Source of the DNA: Balanoglossus misakiensis
Lineage: Eukaryota > Animalia > Hemichordata
Direction: 5' to 3'
NCBI GenBank assembly: GCA_040954595.2
Contig: CM082586.2
Location: 10,633,337-10,697,336 of the forward strand
Length of the DNA: 64,000 nucleotides
The position numbers and the translations under genes were made by a program. Shown piece by piece: positions 49,281 through 63,077 of this stretch (its first letter is position 1; each line of letters opens with the position of its first letter). The notes beneath the pieces are model-generated. The model was not told the DNA's origin and did no database searches. It saw nothing but the letters and a program-made list of their open reading frames with translations.

Positions 49281-52200
49281 CACGTAGAGCCAGTGTTTGC
49301 ATTTTTTTTTAATTTTACGGTTTAAACGTGGTTGGTGTATTTTCGCTTTTCTGTTTGTTTTTTCGTAACATTTTACTGTTTACATGTTGTTGGCGTATTT
49401 TCGCTTTTCTGGTGTGATTTCCACCTCACTGTTGGCATACTTAAACAATTATCCTAATTTTTATTGGGCAAACCGATAAAACCAAAACCACCACAAGTAA
49501 AGAAAATTGTAATCTGTTTGGTGATAACCCTTTTAGCTTTGAGAGATAACCGATTTGATGTTTTAGTAAAACCAAATTTTTGACCAGGGTGACAAGCATT
49601 TTTTTCTCTGAGAGTCGTGTTGCTTTGAAGCATACATTTGGATATATGGTCCCATTTGATGAAAACCTGGTTGATGAAAAATGTGCATATTTATAATTTT
49701 GTAGAATTTTTTGTCTTTTTTGGTCAAAAATTGTTTTATCTAAAACTGCTTGTCAGATTGCTTTCAAATTTTGCAGGGTTGTTCCTTGGGAATAATTAAG
49801 TGAGATGTTTTAGAAAAATACTTGAAATATGCATATTTGCGTTTTGTGTGTGATAGTTTTGGAATTTTTCATTAAAAATTATTTTCTTTCAAACTGATTG
49901 TCAGATTGCCTTGAGCTTTGGTAGGCATGTTCCCTGAAGCGATTGACGTAAGATATTGTACAATTTTGGTGAAAATACTGATTTTTCTGAAACTGCATAT
50001 GGGATTGCTTTGAAATTTGATAGTATTATTGCAATGGGTAACCCAAGTTTTGTCTGATTGTGTTGATTTCCCTATACTGAGACTCGCCAAGTACACTATA
50101 TGTTTATATCACTAGAGAGTTCAGAATCCAATATGGCCGCCATACGAACTGGGACATACTGTGTAATCTGATTATTTTCTAAACTTGTCATATTTTAATT
50201 TCTCGATCTCACAAATAAAAATGAAATGCCAAAAACTTAGTAACTTTCGTTTCTTCCCGCTTGGTGTCCATTAAAGTCTTTTTCCTCCCACTGGGAAAGT
50301 GGCTAGAGTCAATATGTGCATAATGGCAGCATTATATGGCACTGAATAAATGGCAGGGGTGTTTACATCTCCTAATTTGTTTTCACTTAAACCATGATAA
50401 ATATCTAACATTATATGATCATATTGTGTATGCAACTCGGAGATGCGTTTCACTTCAGGGTTGGAAGTTTGTTTAGTCAAGTCTGGGAAGTGACATGTCT
50501 TCAAAGTGACTGATGTTATCTGCTTAGAGCTGAATGCCCATGGGTGTTCTTTCCTAGAAATACATTTTCTTTGCATTTCATAGACCTGTGTATAATTATA
50601 ATTTCAGTTATATATTCTAATTTGTGTTTAGGTAGAGTATGCATGGAATTAAAATAATTATTCTGTAATTACCCAACAAAAATGTTTGTCTTACAATTGT
50701 CTAGCAAGTGGGTATTTTGATTGTTAATTTGCACAGGCAACATTATGGAAGTAGCATAAAGAGTATTCGATAATATAGCAGACCTTCTAGCCAGAAAGAA
50801 GAGCTTAGAAGATTTATCAGCTCATAATATTCCTTTAACCAATGAACTTTATATGAACTTGCACACCTGCCTTCAAGATACAGGGATTAATGTTCAGGAA
50901 ACCTTACCAGCTCTAGTACATTTATTTCAGCCAGAAATTGAATTACCAGAAAAAAAAATCAGTAATGTTACAAAGAAACAGTAAGAAAATAAATGGAGAA
51001 AGCCAGCAAGGAAGGCAGAAAAGTGGAATACATGAAATACACAGTTTGCTTAAACTACATGTGTATGCAGTAAAAACTGTATGGTGCAAGGACGTTCAGT
51101 TTTATGATTTATAGCCAGCCAGTCTTTCCATGCATATCATACCAAAATTAATATGAAAATCGTGTAAATGTTAATAGACTACAAGGATAGTACAAATACA
51201 TGTAGACATTACACTATCCAACTTTCTCCACTTTTGATATCTGCCCAACACAGGCAAGCAAAAGGGCCGATCTGAGAGTTTGACTTGAATGATGGCAATT
51301 TTTGCTGTCCAGAAGTAACTGTATAAAATATTTTTGGTAGTAGTATTATTGCTCAAAATACACAAGAATTTAAATATTTCCACTCACTACAGTGATTGAA
51401 CTGATTTTCAGCAAATTGCAGTGTATAAACAGATATTGCCATCTAATGAAATATCAATCCAATATGGCCGCCCATTTGCAATGGTAAAATGCTAGGTTTT
51501 TCCTTTTTTGAGCGCCTGGGAATTTAAATTGTAATCCAGATATCAAAAACTGAAGTCACTATCTGTATCTGCACATATATTGTAATATATTCTGAAAATT
51601 TCGTTACAATTAGATCAACTATGATTGAGACACGGAACATCAAACATTGCAAAATTTCATATTTCCCATGGTGCCATGCAAAAAATAGAGAGATTTTCTT
51701 TACAAGTTTAGATGATCTCCTGTAAAACTGAAAGAAGTATTCTTCTGTGAATCGTGCATAATTTTTTGAAAAATGTTGAAGATACTTGAGAATATCAGTA
51801 TTTTTTGATGCTTTTGTACCTTGAAAACTGGTGAACCGATTTTGATAATTTTCTTTATTATAACCTACAAAGACCTATAAAATTTTTTATCAGTAAAATA
51901 AACAGCCTTATATAATTTTACCGGTCCAGCTGTTACAGAGACCACCGGTTATTTTATTATAAACTGGTGGTAGGTCAGTGAATGCCTCTGTCTGATTGGA
52001 CTAATTAGCTTGTCATACTCGCATGTATTTTACAGACAGTTTTTGGACAAAAATCTGTTTTTTTTTAGTGCTGCTGGTAAGATTGCAGTGACACATAACA
52101 CTTGATTGAGCATGGTGAATTTTTTTATGTTTCCATAGTATTTGAATATTTTTGCCATATATGCTTGCCAATGTCGCCCGCGATTTAATTCTGGTGAATA

Positions 52201-55200
52201 CCTAAAATCTGTGTAATCCCCAAATGGCACAACAGTTTCCTATACGCTATGTTTTAAGAAGTTAATTATACATAGACATAGTGACCTCTGGCTTACCATT
52301 TCTAGCCATCCACAACAGATACAGAGTTTGCTTTCTGTTGGAATCATGCTAACTGCTTTGGCCCCTGTAATGTTGCATGTTCCTTTAATTGTCTTCTTCA
52401 TGTTGGCCATATTGGATTTTCTGATAACCTCTTAAAGTTGACATTTTTTCAAAACTACATGGCCAATCAAGTTCTAATTTACTGTCCCTTCCAATTTTTT
52501 TCAATAATATTGTTAGTGGTCATGCGACTTTGGATTCATTATGGATTGTTGAAAAATCTCATTAAACATTTCCAAAATCTTTTTCTAATCAAGTTTTCAA
52601 GTGTATTGTGATTAGTTAAACCTTATTGGAGCCAAATTGGACTTTCTGAACTCTAATTAAAGACAAAGATTTCCTATTTCTAGCCTACTCATTTAAAGCA
52701 CACATTCATTTTATTGATACGAGTCACCATATGTATAGAATACGTTACATTTTTTGGCAAATTTCACATGTCCTTTGATTCAGATTTGTTAGAACTGAAT
52801 TGTACTTGGATATGTCTCTTGTTAAAAAGCACAACAGTCATGATTGTGTTCACATGAGTTTTATTGCTGCCAGGACATAACCCAAATATTTTGATAATTT
52901 TGGCAATGACCCTTGTTCTACTTGGATATGTCTCTAGTCTTGTTAAAAAGCACAACAGTCATAATTGTGTTCACATGAGTTTTATTGCTGCCAGGACATA
53001 ACCCAAATATTTTGATAATTTTGGCGATGACCCTTGATCTACTTGGATATGTCTCTTGTTAAAAAGCACAACAGTCATGATTTTGTTCACATGAGTTTTA
53101 TTGCTGCCAGGACATAACCAAAATATTTTGATAATTTTGGCAATGACCCTTGATCTACTTGGATATGTCTCTTGTTAAAAAACACAACAGTCATAATTGT
53201 GTTCACATGAGTTTTATTGCTGCCTGGACATAACCTACATATTTTGATAATGTTGGCAATGATCCTTGATCTACTTGGATATGCCTCTTGTTAAAAAGCA
53301 CAACAGTCATGATTGTGTTCACATGAGTTTTATTGCTGCCAGGACATAACCCAAATATTTTGATAATTTTGGCAATGACCCTTGATCTACTTGGATATGT
53401 CTCTTGTTAAAAAGCACAACAGTCATGATTGTGTTCACACGAGTTTTATTGCTGCCAGGACATAACCCAAATATTTTGATAATTTTGGCAATGACCCTTG
53501 ATCTACTTGGATATGTCTCTTGTTAAAAAGCACAACAGTCATTATTGTGTTCATATGAGTTTTATTGCTGCCAGGACATAACCAAAATATTTTGATAATT
53601 TTGGCAATGACCCTTGATCTACTTGGATAGGTCTCTTGTTAAAAAGCACAACAGTCATGATTTTGTTCACATGAGTTATATTGCTGCCAGGACATAACCC
53701 AAATATTTTGATAATTTTGGCCATGACCCTTGATCTACTTGGATATGTCTCTTTTAAAAAGCACAACAGTCATGATATTGTACACATGAGTACTATTGCT
53801 GCCTGGACATAACCCAAATATTTTGATAATTTTGGCCATGATCTACTTTCCCATAACTTGCCATGCAAAGCAGATACGGCTTTCAAATTTAGAGGACTGG
53901 AACACCTAATGAAGTATTAATCTTTAACACAATCGTTATGTACTTATCCTATTTAAAGTTAACCAATTGAGCTTAGAAGTTTGGTTCTTGTTGGACACTT
54001 ATCAGTTTGATGTCAAAATTTGTTGGCACAAATTTGCGTGACCTCTGGCTTACTTACCATTTCTCAGCATCCATAACAGATACAGCCTTTGCTTTCTGTT
54101 GGAACCATGCTAACCACTTTGGTCACTCCAATGCTGCTTATAGTTGGGTCTTCTTCATGGCGGCCATATTGGATTTTCTGATAATCTCTAAAAGTGTACA
54201 TTTTTTTCTAAACTGCAGGGCCAATCAAGTTCTAATTTACTGGCCGTTCCAATTTTTTTTCAATTATATTAATAGTGGTCATGTGAATTTGGATTTATTA
54301 TGGATTTTTTCAAAAACTCATGAAGATTTCCAAAATCTTTTTTAATCAAGCTTTCAAGTGAATTGTGATTGGTTAAACCTTATTGAAGCCAAATTGGATT
54401 GTCTGAACTCCGATTAAAAACTAAAATTTCCTATTTCAAGGCTACTGAATGATAGCACACCAATCCTTTTGATGGATACGAGTCACCATAAGACCAGAAT
54501 ATGTTAAACAATTTTTATCAACTTTCACATGTCCTTTCATCCATTTTTTCAACACTTAATTATACAATTTTTTTGCAACTGTCATTCGTCTTTTGATCCA
54601 GATCTTTCAGAACTTAATTCTACGTTGATATGCCTCTTGTTAAAAAGCACAAGAGTCGTGATTTTGTTCACATGAGTACTACTGCTGCCCGGACATAACC
54701 CAAATATTTTGATAATTTTGGCAGTAACTTTTGATCTACATTCCCATAACTTGGCATGCACAGCAGATACAGCTTTTAAATTTAGAGGACTGGAACACCT
54801 AATAAAGTACATGTATTAACTTTAACACAATAATTATGTATATAAGCTATTTAAAGTTAACCAATAAAGCGTAGAAGTCTGCTTTTTGTTGGACACTGAT
54901 CAGTTTGGTATCAAATTTTGTTGGCACATTTTGCATCACCTCTGGCATACTTTACCATTTCTAGGCATCCACAACAGATGCAGCATTTGCTTTCTGTTGG
55001 AACCATGCTAACCGCTTTGGCCACTCCAATGCTGCTTGTAGCTCTAATTGTCTTCTTCATGGTGGCCATATTGGAATTTCTAATAACCTTTAAAAGTTGA
55101 CATTTTCATAAACTACAGGGCCAATCAAATTCTAGTTTACTGTAGGGTTGAAAGTTTGACAAAAATATCATTAGTGGTCAAGTGACTTTGGGTGCCTAAT

Positions 55201-56909
55201 TGGATTGTTTAAAAATCTCATTAAAAAATTACAGAACATCTTTTTCTAATCAAGTTTTCAAGTGAATTGTGATTGGTGTCACCTTATTGGAGCCAAATTG
55301 GATTTTTCTAAACACTGATTAAAAACTAAGATTTTCTATTTCTAGCCTACTCATTGAAAGCACACAAATTAATTTTATGGATACGAGTCGCCATATGACT
55401 AGAATACGTTACATTTTTTGGCAACTTTCACATGTCCTTTGATCCAGTTTTTTCAAAACTTGATTAAACAATTTGTTGGCAACTCTCGCATGTCCTTTGA
55501 CCCAGTAATTCCATAACTAAATTTTATGTGGATATGGCTCTTGATAAAAAGCTAAACAGTCATGATTTTGTTCAAAGAGTACTACTGCTGCCAGGACATA
55601 ACCCAAATATTTTGATAATTTTGGCAATGACCCTTGATCTACTTGGATATGTCTCTTGTTAAAAAGCACAACAGTCATGATTTTGTTCACATGAGTTTTA
55701 TTGCTGCCAGGACATAACCCAAATATTTTGATAATTTTGGCAATGACCCTTGATCTACTTGGATATGTCTCTTGTTAAAAAGCACAACAGTCATGATTTT
55801 GTTCACATGAGTTTTATTGCTGCCAGGACATAACCCAAATATTTTGATAATTTTGGCCATGACCCTTGATCTACTTGGATATGTCTCTTGTTAAAAAGCA
55901 CAACAGTCATGATTTTGTTCACATGAGTTTTATTGCTGCCAGGACATAACCCAAATATTTTGATAATTTTGGCCATGATCTACTTTCCCATAATTTGACA
56001 TGCACAGCAGATATGGCTTTCAAATATAGAGGACTGGAACACCTAATGAAGTATTAATCTTTAACACAATCATTATGTACTTATCCTATTTAAAGTTAAC
56101 CAATTGAGCTTAGAAGTTTGGTTCTTGTTGGACACTTATCAGTTTGATATCAAAATTTGTTGGCACAAATTTGCGTGACCTCTGGCTTACCTACCATTCT
56201 ATGAATCCACAACAGATACAGAGTTTGCTTTCTGTTGGAACCATGCTAACTGCTTTGGCCCCTGTGATGCTGCATGTTCTTTTAATTGTCTTCTTCATGG
56301 TGGCCATATTGGATTTTCTGATAACCTTTAAAAGTTGACATTTTTTTTCAAAAATTACAAGGCCAATCAAGTTCTAATTTACTGTACGTTCCAATTTTTT
56401 AAAATAATATTGTTAGTGTTCATGTGAATTTGGATTTATTATGGATTTTTGAAAAATACCATGAAAAATTTCCAAAATCTTTTTTTAATCAAGCTTTCGC
56501 GTAAATTGTGATTGGTTAAACCTTATTGAAGCCTAATTGGATTTTCTGAACTCCGATTAAAAACTAAAATTTCCTATTTGTAGGCTACTGAATGATAGCA
56601 CACCAAGCCTTTTTATGGATAGAGTCAACATAAGACAAGAATGTTAAAAAAATTTGTCAACTTTCACATGTCCATTGATCCTTTTTTTAACACTTAATTA
56701 TACAATTTTTTGCAACTTTCATTTTCCCTTTGATCAAGATCTTTCAGAACTTAATTGTACATTGATATGTCTCTTGTTAAAAAGCACAACAGTCATGATT
56801 TTGTTCACATGAGTACTACTCTGGCAGGACATAACCCAAATATTTTGATAATTTTGGCAATGACCCTTGATCTACATTTCCAAAACTTGGCATGCACAGC
56901 AGATACAGC

Positions 56910-57270
56910 TTTTATTAGCTCTGCTGTCACTTGTGTCAGCCGAGCTGTAGCAGTAGGTTGATAAATGTCTGTCCGTCGTCTGTCGTCCGTCATCCGTCGT
57001 CCGTCAACTTTTGGTATTTCAATCTTCTTCTATAAAACTACTTGGCATATTTAGCTGAAATTTGGTTGGAATGTGTGTTATGGTGCCCTTACCTGATTTT
57101 GTTAATTTGGATTTGATCGGGTCATGAATATGCAAATTAGATCTAAAAATAAAATTTTTGGTAAAAAAATCTTCTTCTCCCTAACTACATGTACGATGGA
57201 GCTGAAAATTGGTAGGAATGTGTGGTATGGTGCCCCTACCTGATTTTGTTAATTGGAATTTTGATGGGGT
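56910..57270 (+). mobile_element. HINE/DINE-1-like element 5' part
   Basis: T-rich start, AGCTC..GAGCT hairpin and GTCY/CGTC microsatellite, followed by ~145-bp internal repeats. A near-identical copy lies at 63078. Confidence 0.8.
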
Positions 57271-57798
57271 CTGCTTTCTGTTGGAACCTTGGTCCCTCCA
57301 ATGCTACTTTTAGTTGTAATTGTCTTCTTCATGGCGGCCATATTGGATTTTCTAATAAGCTTTAAAGGTTGACATTTTCATAAACTACAGGGCCAATCAA
57401 GTTCTAATTTACTGTGCGGTTGAAAGTTTGATAAAATATCATTAGTGGTCATGTGACTTTTGGTGCCTTATTGGATTTTTTAAAAATCTCATTCAAAAAT
57501 TACGAAAATCTTTTTCTAATCAAGTTTTCAAGTGAATTGTGATTGGTTTAACCTTACCAGAGCCAAATTGGATTTTCTGAACTCCGATTAAAAGCTAAAA
57601 TTCCTTTTTTTTATCCTACTCATTGAAAGCACACAAATTCTTTCTGTGGATACGAGTCACCATATGACTAGAATATGTTACATTTTTTGACAACTTTCAT
57701 ATGTTCTTTGATCCAGTTTTTTTTCAGTATTTGATTAAACAATTTGTTGGCGACTCTCGCATGTCCTTTGATCCAGTAATTCCATAACTTAATTTTAT

Positions 57799-60225
57799 GT
57801 GGATATGGCTCTTGATAAAAAGCTCAACAGTCATGATTTTGTTCAAAGAGTACTACTGCTGCCAGGACATAACCCAAATATTTTGATAATTTTGGCAATG
57901 ACCCTTGATCTACTTGGATATGTCTCTTGTTAAAAAGCACAACAGTCATGATTTTGTTCACATGAGTTTTATTGCTGCCAGGACATAACCCAAATATTTT
58001 GATAATCTTGGTAATGACCCTTGATCCCTTGGATATGTCTCTTGTTAAAAAGCACAACAGTCATGATTTTGTTCACATGAGTTTTATTGTTGCCAGGACA
58101 TAACCCAAATATTTTGATAATTTTGGCCATGACCCTTGATCTACTTGGATATGTCTCTTGTTAAAAAGCACAACAGTCATGATTTTGTTCACATGAGTTT
58201 TGTCGCTGCCAGGACATAACCCAAATATTTTGATAACTTTGGCAATGACCCTTGATCTACTTGGATATGTCTCTTGTTAAAAAGCACAACAGTCATGATT
58301 TTGTTCACATGAGTTTTATTGCTGCCAGGACATAACCCAAATATTTTGATAATCTTGGCAATGACCCTTGATCTACTTGGATATGTCTCTTGTTAAAAAG
58401 CACAACAGTCATGATTTTGTTCACATGAGTTTTATTGCTGCCAGGACATTACCCAAATATTTTGATAATTTTGGCAATGACCCTTGATCTACTTGGATAT
58501 GTCTCTTGTTAAAAGGCACAACAGTCATGATTTTGTTCACATGAGTTTTATTGCTGCCAGGACATAATCCAAATATTTTGATAATCTTGGTAATGACCCT
58601 TGATCTACTTGGATATGTCTCTTGTTAAAAAGCACAACAGTCATGATTTTGTTCACATGAGTACTATTGCTGCCTGGACATAACCCAAATATTTTGATAA
58701 TTTTGGCAATGACCCTTGATCTACTTGGATATGTCTCTTGTTAAAAGCACAACAGTCATGATTTTGTTCACATGAGTTTTATTGCTGCCAGGACATAACC
58801 CAAATATTTTGATAATCATGGCAATGACCCTTGATCTACTTGGATATGTCTCTTGTTAAAAAGCACAACAGTCATGATTTTGTTCACATGAGTTTTATTG
58901 CTGCCAGGACATAACCCAAATATTTTGATAATTTTGGCAATGACCCTTGATCTACTTGGATATGTCTCTTGTTAAAAGGCACAACAGTCATGATTTTGTT
59001 CACATGAGTTTTACTGCTGCCAGGACATAACCCAAATATTTTGATAATCTTGGTAATGACCCTTGATCTACTTGGATATGTCTCTTGTTAAAAAGCACAA
59101 CAGTCATGATTTTGTTCACATGAGTACTATTGCTGCCTGGACATAACCCAAATATTTTGATAATTTTGGCAATGACCCTTGATCTACTTGGATATGTCTC
59201 TTGTTAAAAAGCACAACAGTCATGATTTTGTTCACATGAGTACTATTGCTGCCTGGACATAACCCAAATATTTTGATAATTTTGGCAATGACCCTTGATC
59301 TACTTGGATATGCCTCTTGTTAAAAAGCACAACAGTCATGATTTTGTTCACATGAGTACTATTGCTGCCTGGACATAACCCAAATATTTTGATAATTTTG
59401 GCAATGACCCTTGATCTACTTGGATATGTCTCTTGTTAAAAAGCACAACAGTCATGATTTTGTTCACATGAGTACTATTGGTGCCTGGACATAACCCAAA
59501 TATTTTGATAATTTTGGCAATGACCCTTGATCTACTTGGATATGTCTCTTGTTAAAAAGCACAACAGTCATGATTTTGTTCACATGAGTTTTATTGCTGC
59601 CAGGACATAACCCAAATATTTTGATAATTTTGGCAATGACCCTTGATCTACTTGGATATGTCTCTTGTTAAAAAGCACAACAGTCATGATTTTGTTCACA
59701 TGAGTTTTATTGCTGCCAGGACATAACCCATATATTTTGATCATTTTGGCAATGACCCTTGATCTACTTGGATATGTCTCTTGTTAAAAAGCACAATAGT
59801 CATGATTTTGTTCACATGAGTTTTATTGCTGCCAGGACATAACCCAAATATTTGGATAATTTTGGCAATGACCCTTGATCTACTTGGATATGTCTCTTGT
59901 TAAAAAGCACAACAGTCATGATTTTGTTCATATGAATTTTATTGCTGCCAGGACATAACCCAAATATTTTGATTATTTCGGCCATGACCCTTGATCTACT
60001 TGGATATGTCTCTTGTTAAAAAGCACAACAGTCATGATTTTGTTCACATGAGTTTTATTGTTGCCAGGACATAACCCAAATATTTTGATAATTTTGGCCA
60101 TGACCCTTGATCTACTTGGATATGTCTCTTGTTAAAAAGCACAACAGTCATGATTTTGTACACATGAATACTATTGCTGCCAGGACATAACCCAAATATT
60201 TTGATAATTTTGGCCATGATCTTCT
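57799..60225. repeat. 116-bp satellite array, ~21 copies
   Basis: Regular period, e.g. 58261, 58377, 58493. Confidence 0.97.
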
Positions 60226-63077
60226 TTCCCATAACTTGCCATGCACAGCAGATACGGCTTTCAAATTTAGAGGACTGGAACACCTAATGAAGTATTAATT
60301 TTTAACACAATCATTATGTACTTATCCTATTTAAAGTTAACCAATTGAGCTTAGAAGTTTGGTTCTTGTTGGACACTTATCAGTTTGATGTCAAAATTTG
60401 TTGGCACAAATTTGCCTGACCTCTGGCTTACTTACCATTTCTCAGCATCCATAACAGATACAGCCTTTGCTTTCTGTTGGAACCATGCTAACCACTTTGG
60501 TCACTCCAATGCTGCTTATAGTTGGGTCTTCTTCATGGCGGCCATATTGGATTTTCTGATAATCTCTAAAAGTGGACATTTTTTTCTAAACTGCAGGGCC
60601 AATCAAGTTCTAATTTACTGGCCGTTCCATTTTTTTTTCAATTATATTAATAGTGGTCATGTGAATTTGGATTCATTATGGATTTTTTCAAAAACTCATG
60701 AAAAATTTCCAAAATCTTTTTTAATCAAGCTTTCAAGTGAATTGTGATTGGTTAAACCTTATTGAAGTCAAATTGGATTGTCTGAACTCCGATTAAAAAC
60801 TAAAATTTCCTATTTCAAGGCTACTGAATGATAGCACACCAATCCTTTTTATGGATACGAGTCACCATAAGTCCAGAATATGTTAAACAATTTTTATCAA
60901 CTTTCACATGTCCTTTCATCCATTTTTTCAACACTTAATTATACTATTTTTTTGCAACTTTCATTCGTCTTTTGATCCAGATCTTTCAGAACTTAATTCT
61001 ACGTTGATATGCCTCTTGTTAAAAAGCACAACAGTCGTGATTTTGTTCACATGAGTACTACTGCTGCCAGGACATAACCCAAATATTTTGATAATTTTGG
61101 CAGTAACTTTTGATCTACATTCCCATAACTTGGCATGTACAGCATATACAGCTTTTAAATTTAGAGGCTTGGAACACCTAATGAAGTACATGTATTAACT
61201 TTAACACAATAATTATGTATATAAGCTATTTAAAGTTAACTAATAAAGCGTAGAAGTCTGCTTTTTGTTGGACATTGATCAGTTTGGTATCAAATTTTGT
61301 TGGCACATTTTGCATCACCTCTGGCATACTTTACCATTTCTAGGCATCCACAACAGATACAGCCTTTGCTTTCTGTTGGAACCATGCTAACCGCTTTGGC
61401 CACTCCAATGCTGCTTGTAGCTCTAATTGTCTTCTTCATGGTGGCCATATTGGATTTTCTAATAACCTTTAAAAGTTGACATTTTCATAAACTACAGGGC
61501 AAATCAAATTCTAGTTTACTGTAGGGTTGAAAGTTTGACAAAAATATCATTAGTGGTCATGTGACTTTGGGTGCCTAATTGGATTGTTTAAAAATCTCAT
61601 TAAAAAATTACAGAACATCTTTTTCTAATCAAGTTTTCAAGTGAATTGTGATTGGTGTCACCTTATTGGAGCCAAATTGGATTTTTCTGAACACTGATTA
61701 AAAACTAAGATTTCCTATTTCTAGCCTACTCATTGAAAGCACACAAATTAATTTTATGGATACGAGTCGCCATATGACTAGAATACGTTACATTTTTTGG
61801 CAACTTTCACATGTCCTTTGATCCAGTTTTTTCAAAACTTGATTAAACAATTTGTTGGCAACTCTCGCATGTCCTTTGACCCAGTAATTCCATAACTTAA
61901 TTTTATGTGGATATGGCTCTTGATAAAAAGCTCAACAGTCATGATTTTGTTCATAGAGTACTACTGCTGCCAGGACATAACCCAAATATTTTGATAATTT
62001 TGGCAATGACCATTGATCTACTTGGATATGTCTCTTGTTAAAAAGCACAACAGTCATGATTTTGTTCACATGAGTTTTATTGCTGCCAGGACATAACCCA
62101 AATATTTTGATAATTTTGGCCATGACCCTTGATCTACTTGGATATGTCTCTTGTTAAAAAGCACAACAGTCATGATTTTGTACACATGAGTACTATTGCT
62201 GCCTGGACATAACCCAAATATTTTGATAATTTTGGCCATGATCTACTTAAATCCTATTTAAAGTTAACCAATTGAGCTTAGAAGTTTGGTTCTTGTTGGA
62301 CACTTATCAGTTTGATATCAAAATTTGTTGGCACAAATTTCCGTGACCTCTGGCTTACCTACCATTCTAAGAATCCATAACAGATACAGAGTTTGCTTTC
62401 TGTTGGAACCATGCTAACTGCTTTGGCCCCTGTGATGCTGCATGTTCTTTTAATTGTCTTCTTCATGGTGGCCATATTGGATTTTCTGATAACCTTTAAA
62501 AGTTGACATTTTTTTTCAAAAATTACAAGGCCAATCAAGTTCTAATTTACTGTACGTTCCAATTTTTTAAAATAATATTGTTAGTGTTCATGTGAATTTG
62601 GATTTATTATGGATTTTTGAAAAATCCCATGAAAAATTTCCAAAATCTTTTTTTAATCACGCTTTCGCGTAAAATGTGATTGGTTAAACCTTATTGAAGC
62701 CTAATTGGATTTTCTGAACTCCGATTAAAAACTAAAATTTCCTATTTGTAGGCTACTGAATGATAGCACACCAAGCCTTTTTATGGATAGAGTCAACATA
62801 AGACCAGAATGTTAAAATTTTTTGTCAACTTTCACATGTCCATTGATCCTTTTTTTAACACTTAATTATACAATTTTTTGCAACTTTCATTTTCCCTTTG
62901 ATCAAGATCTTTCAGAACTTAATTGTACATTGATATGTCTCTTGTTAAAAAGCACAACAGTCATGATTTTGTTCACATGAGTACTACTCTGGCAGGACAT
63001 AACCCAAATATTTTGATAATTTTGGCAATGACCCTTGATCTACATTTCCAAAACTTGGCATGCACAGCAGATACAGC

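Noticed and set aside
50600-51180. Cys-containing remnant (CVCSKNC) hinting at a transposase tail
   Set aside because: It is too decayed, and no convincing TIR pair or TSD could be established.
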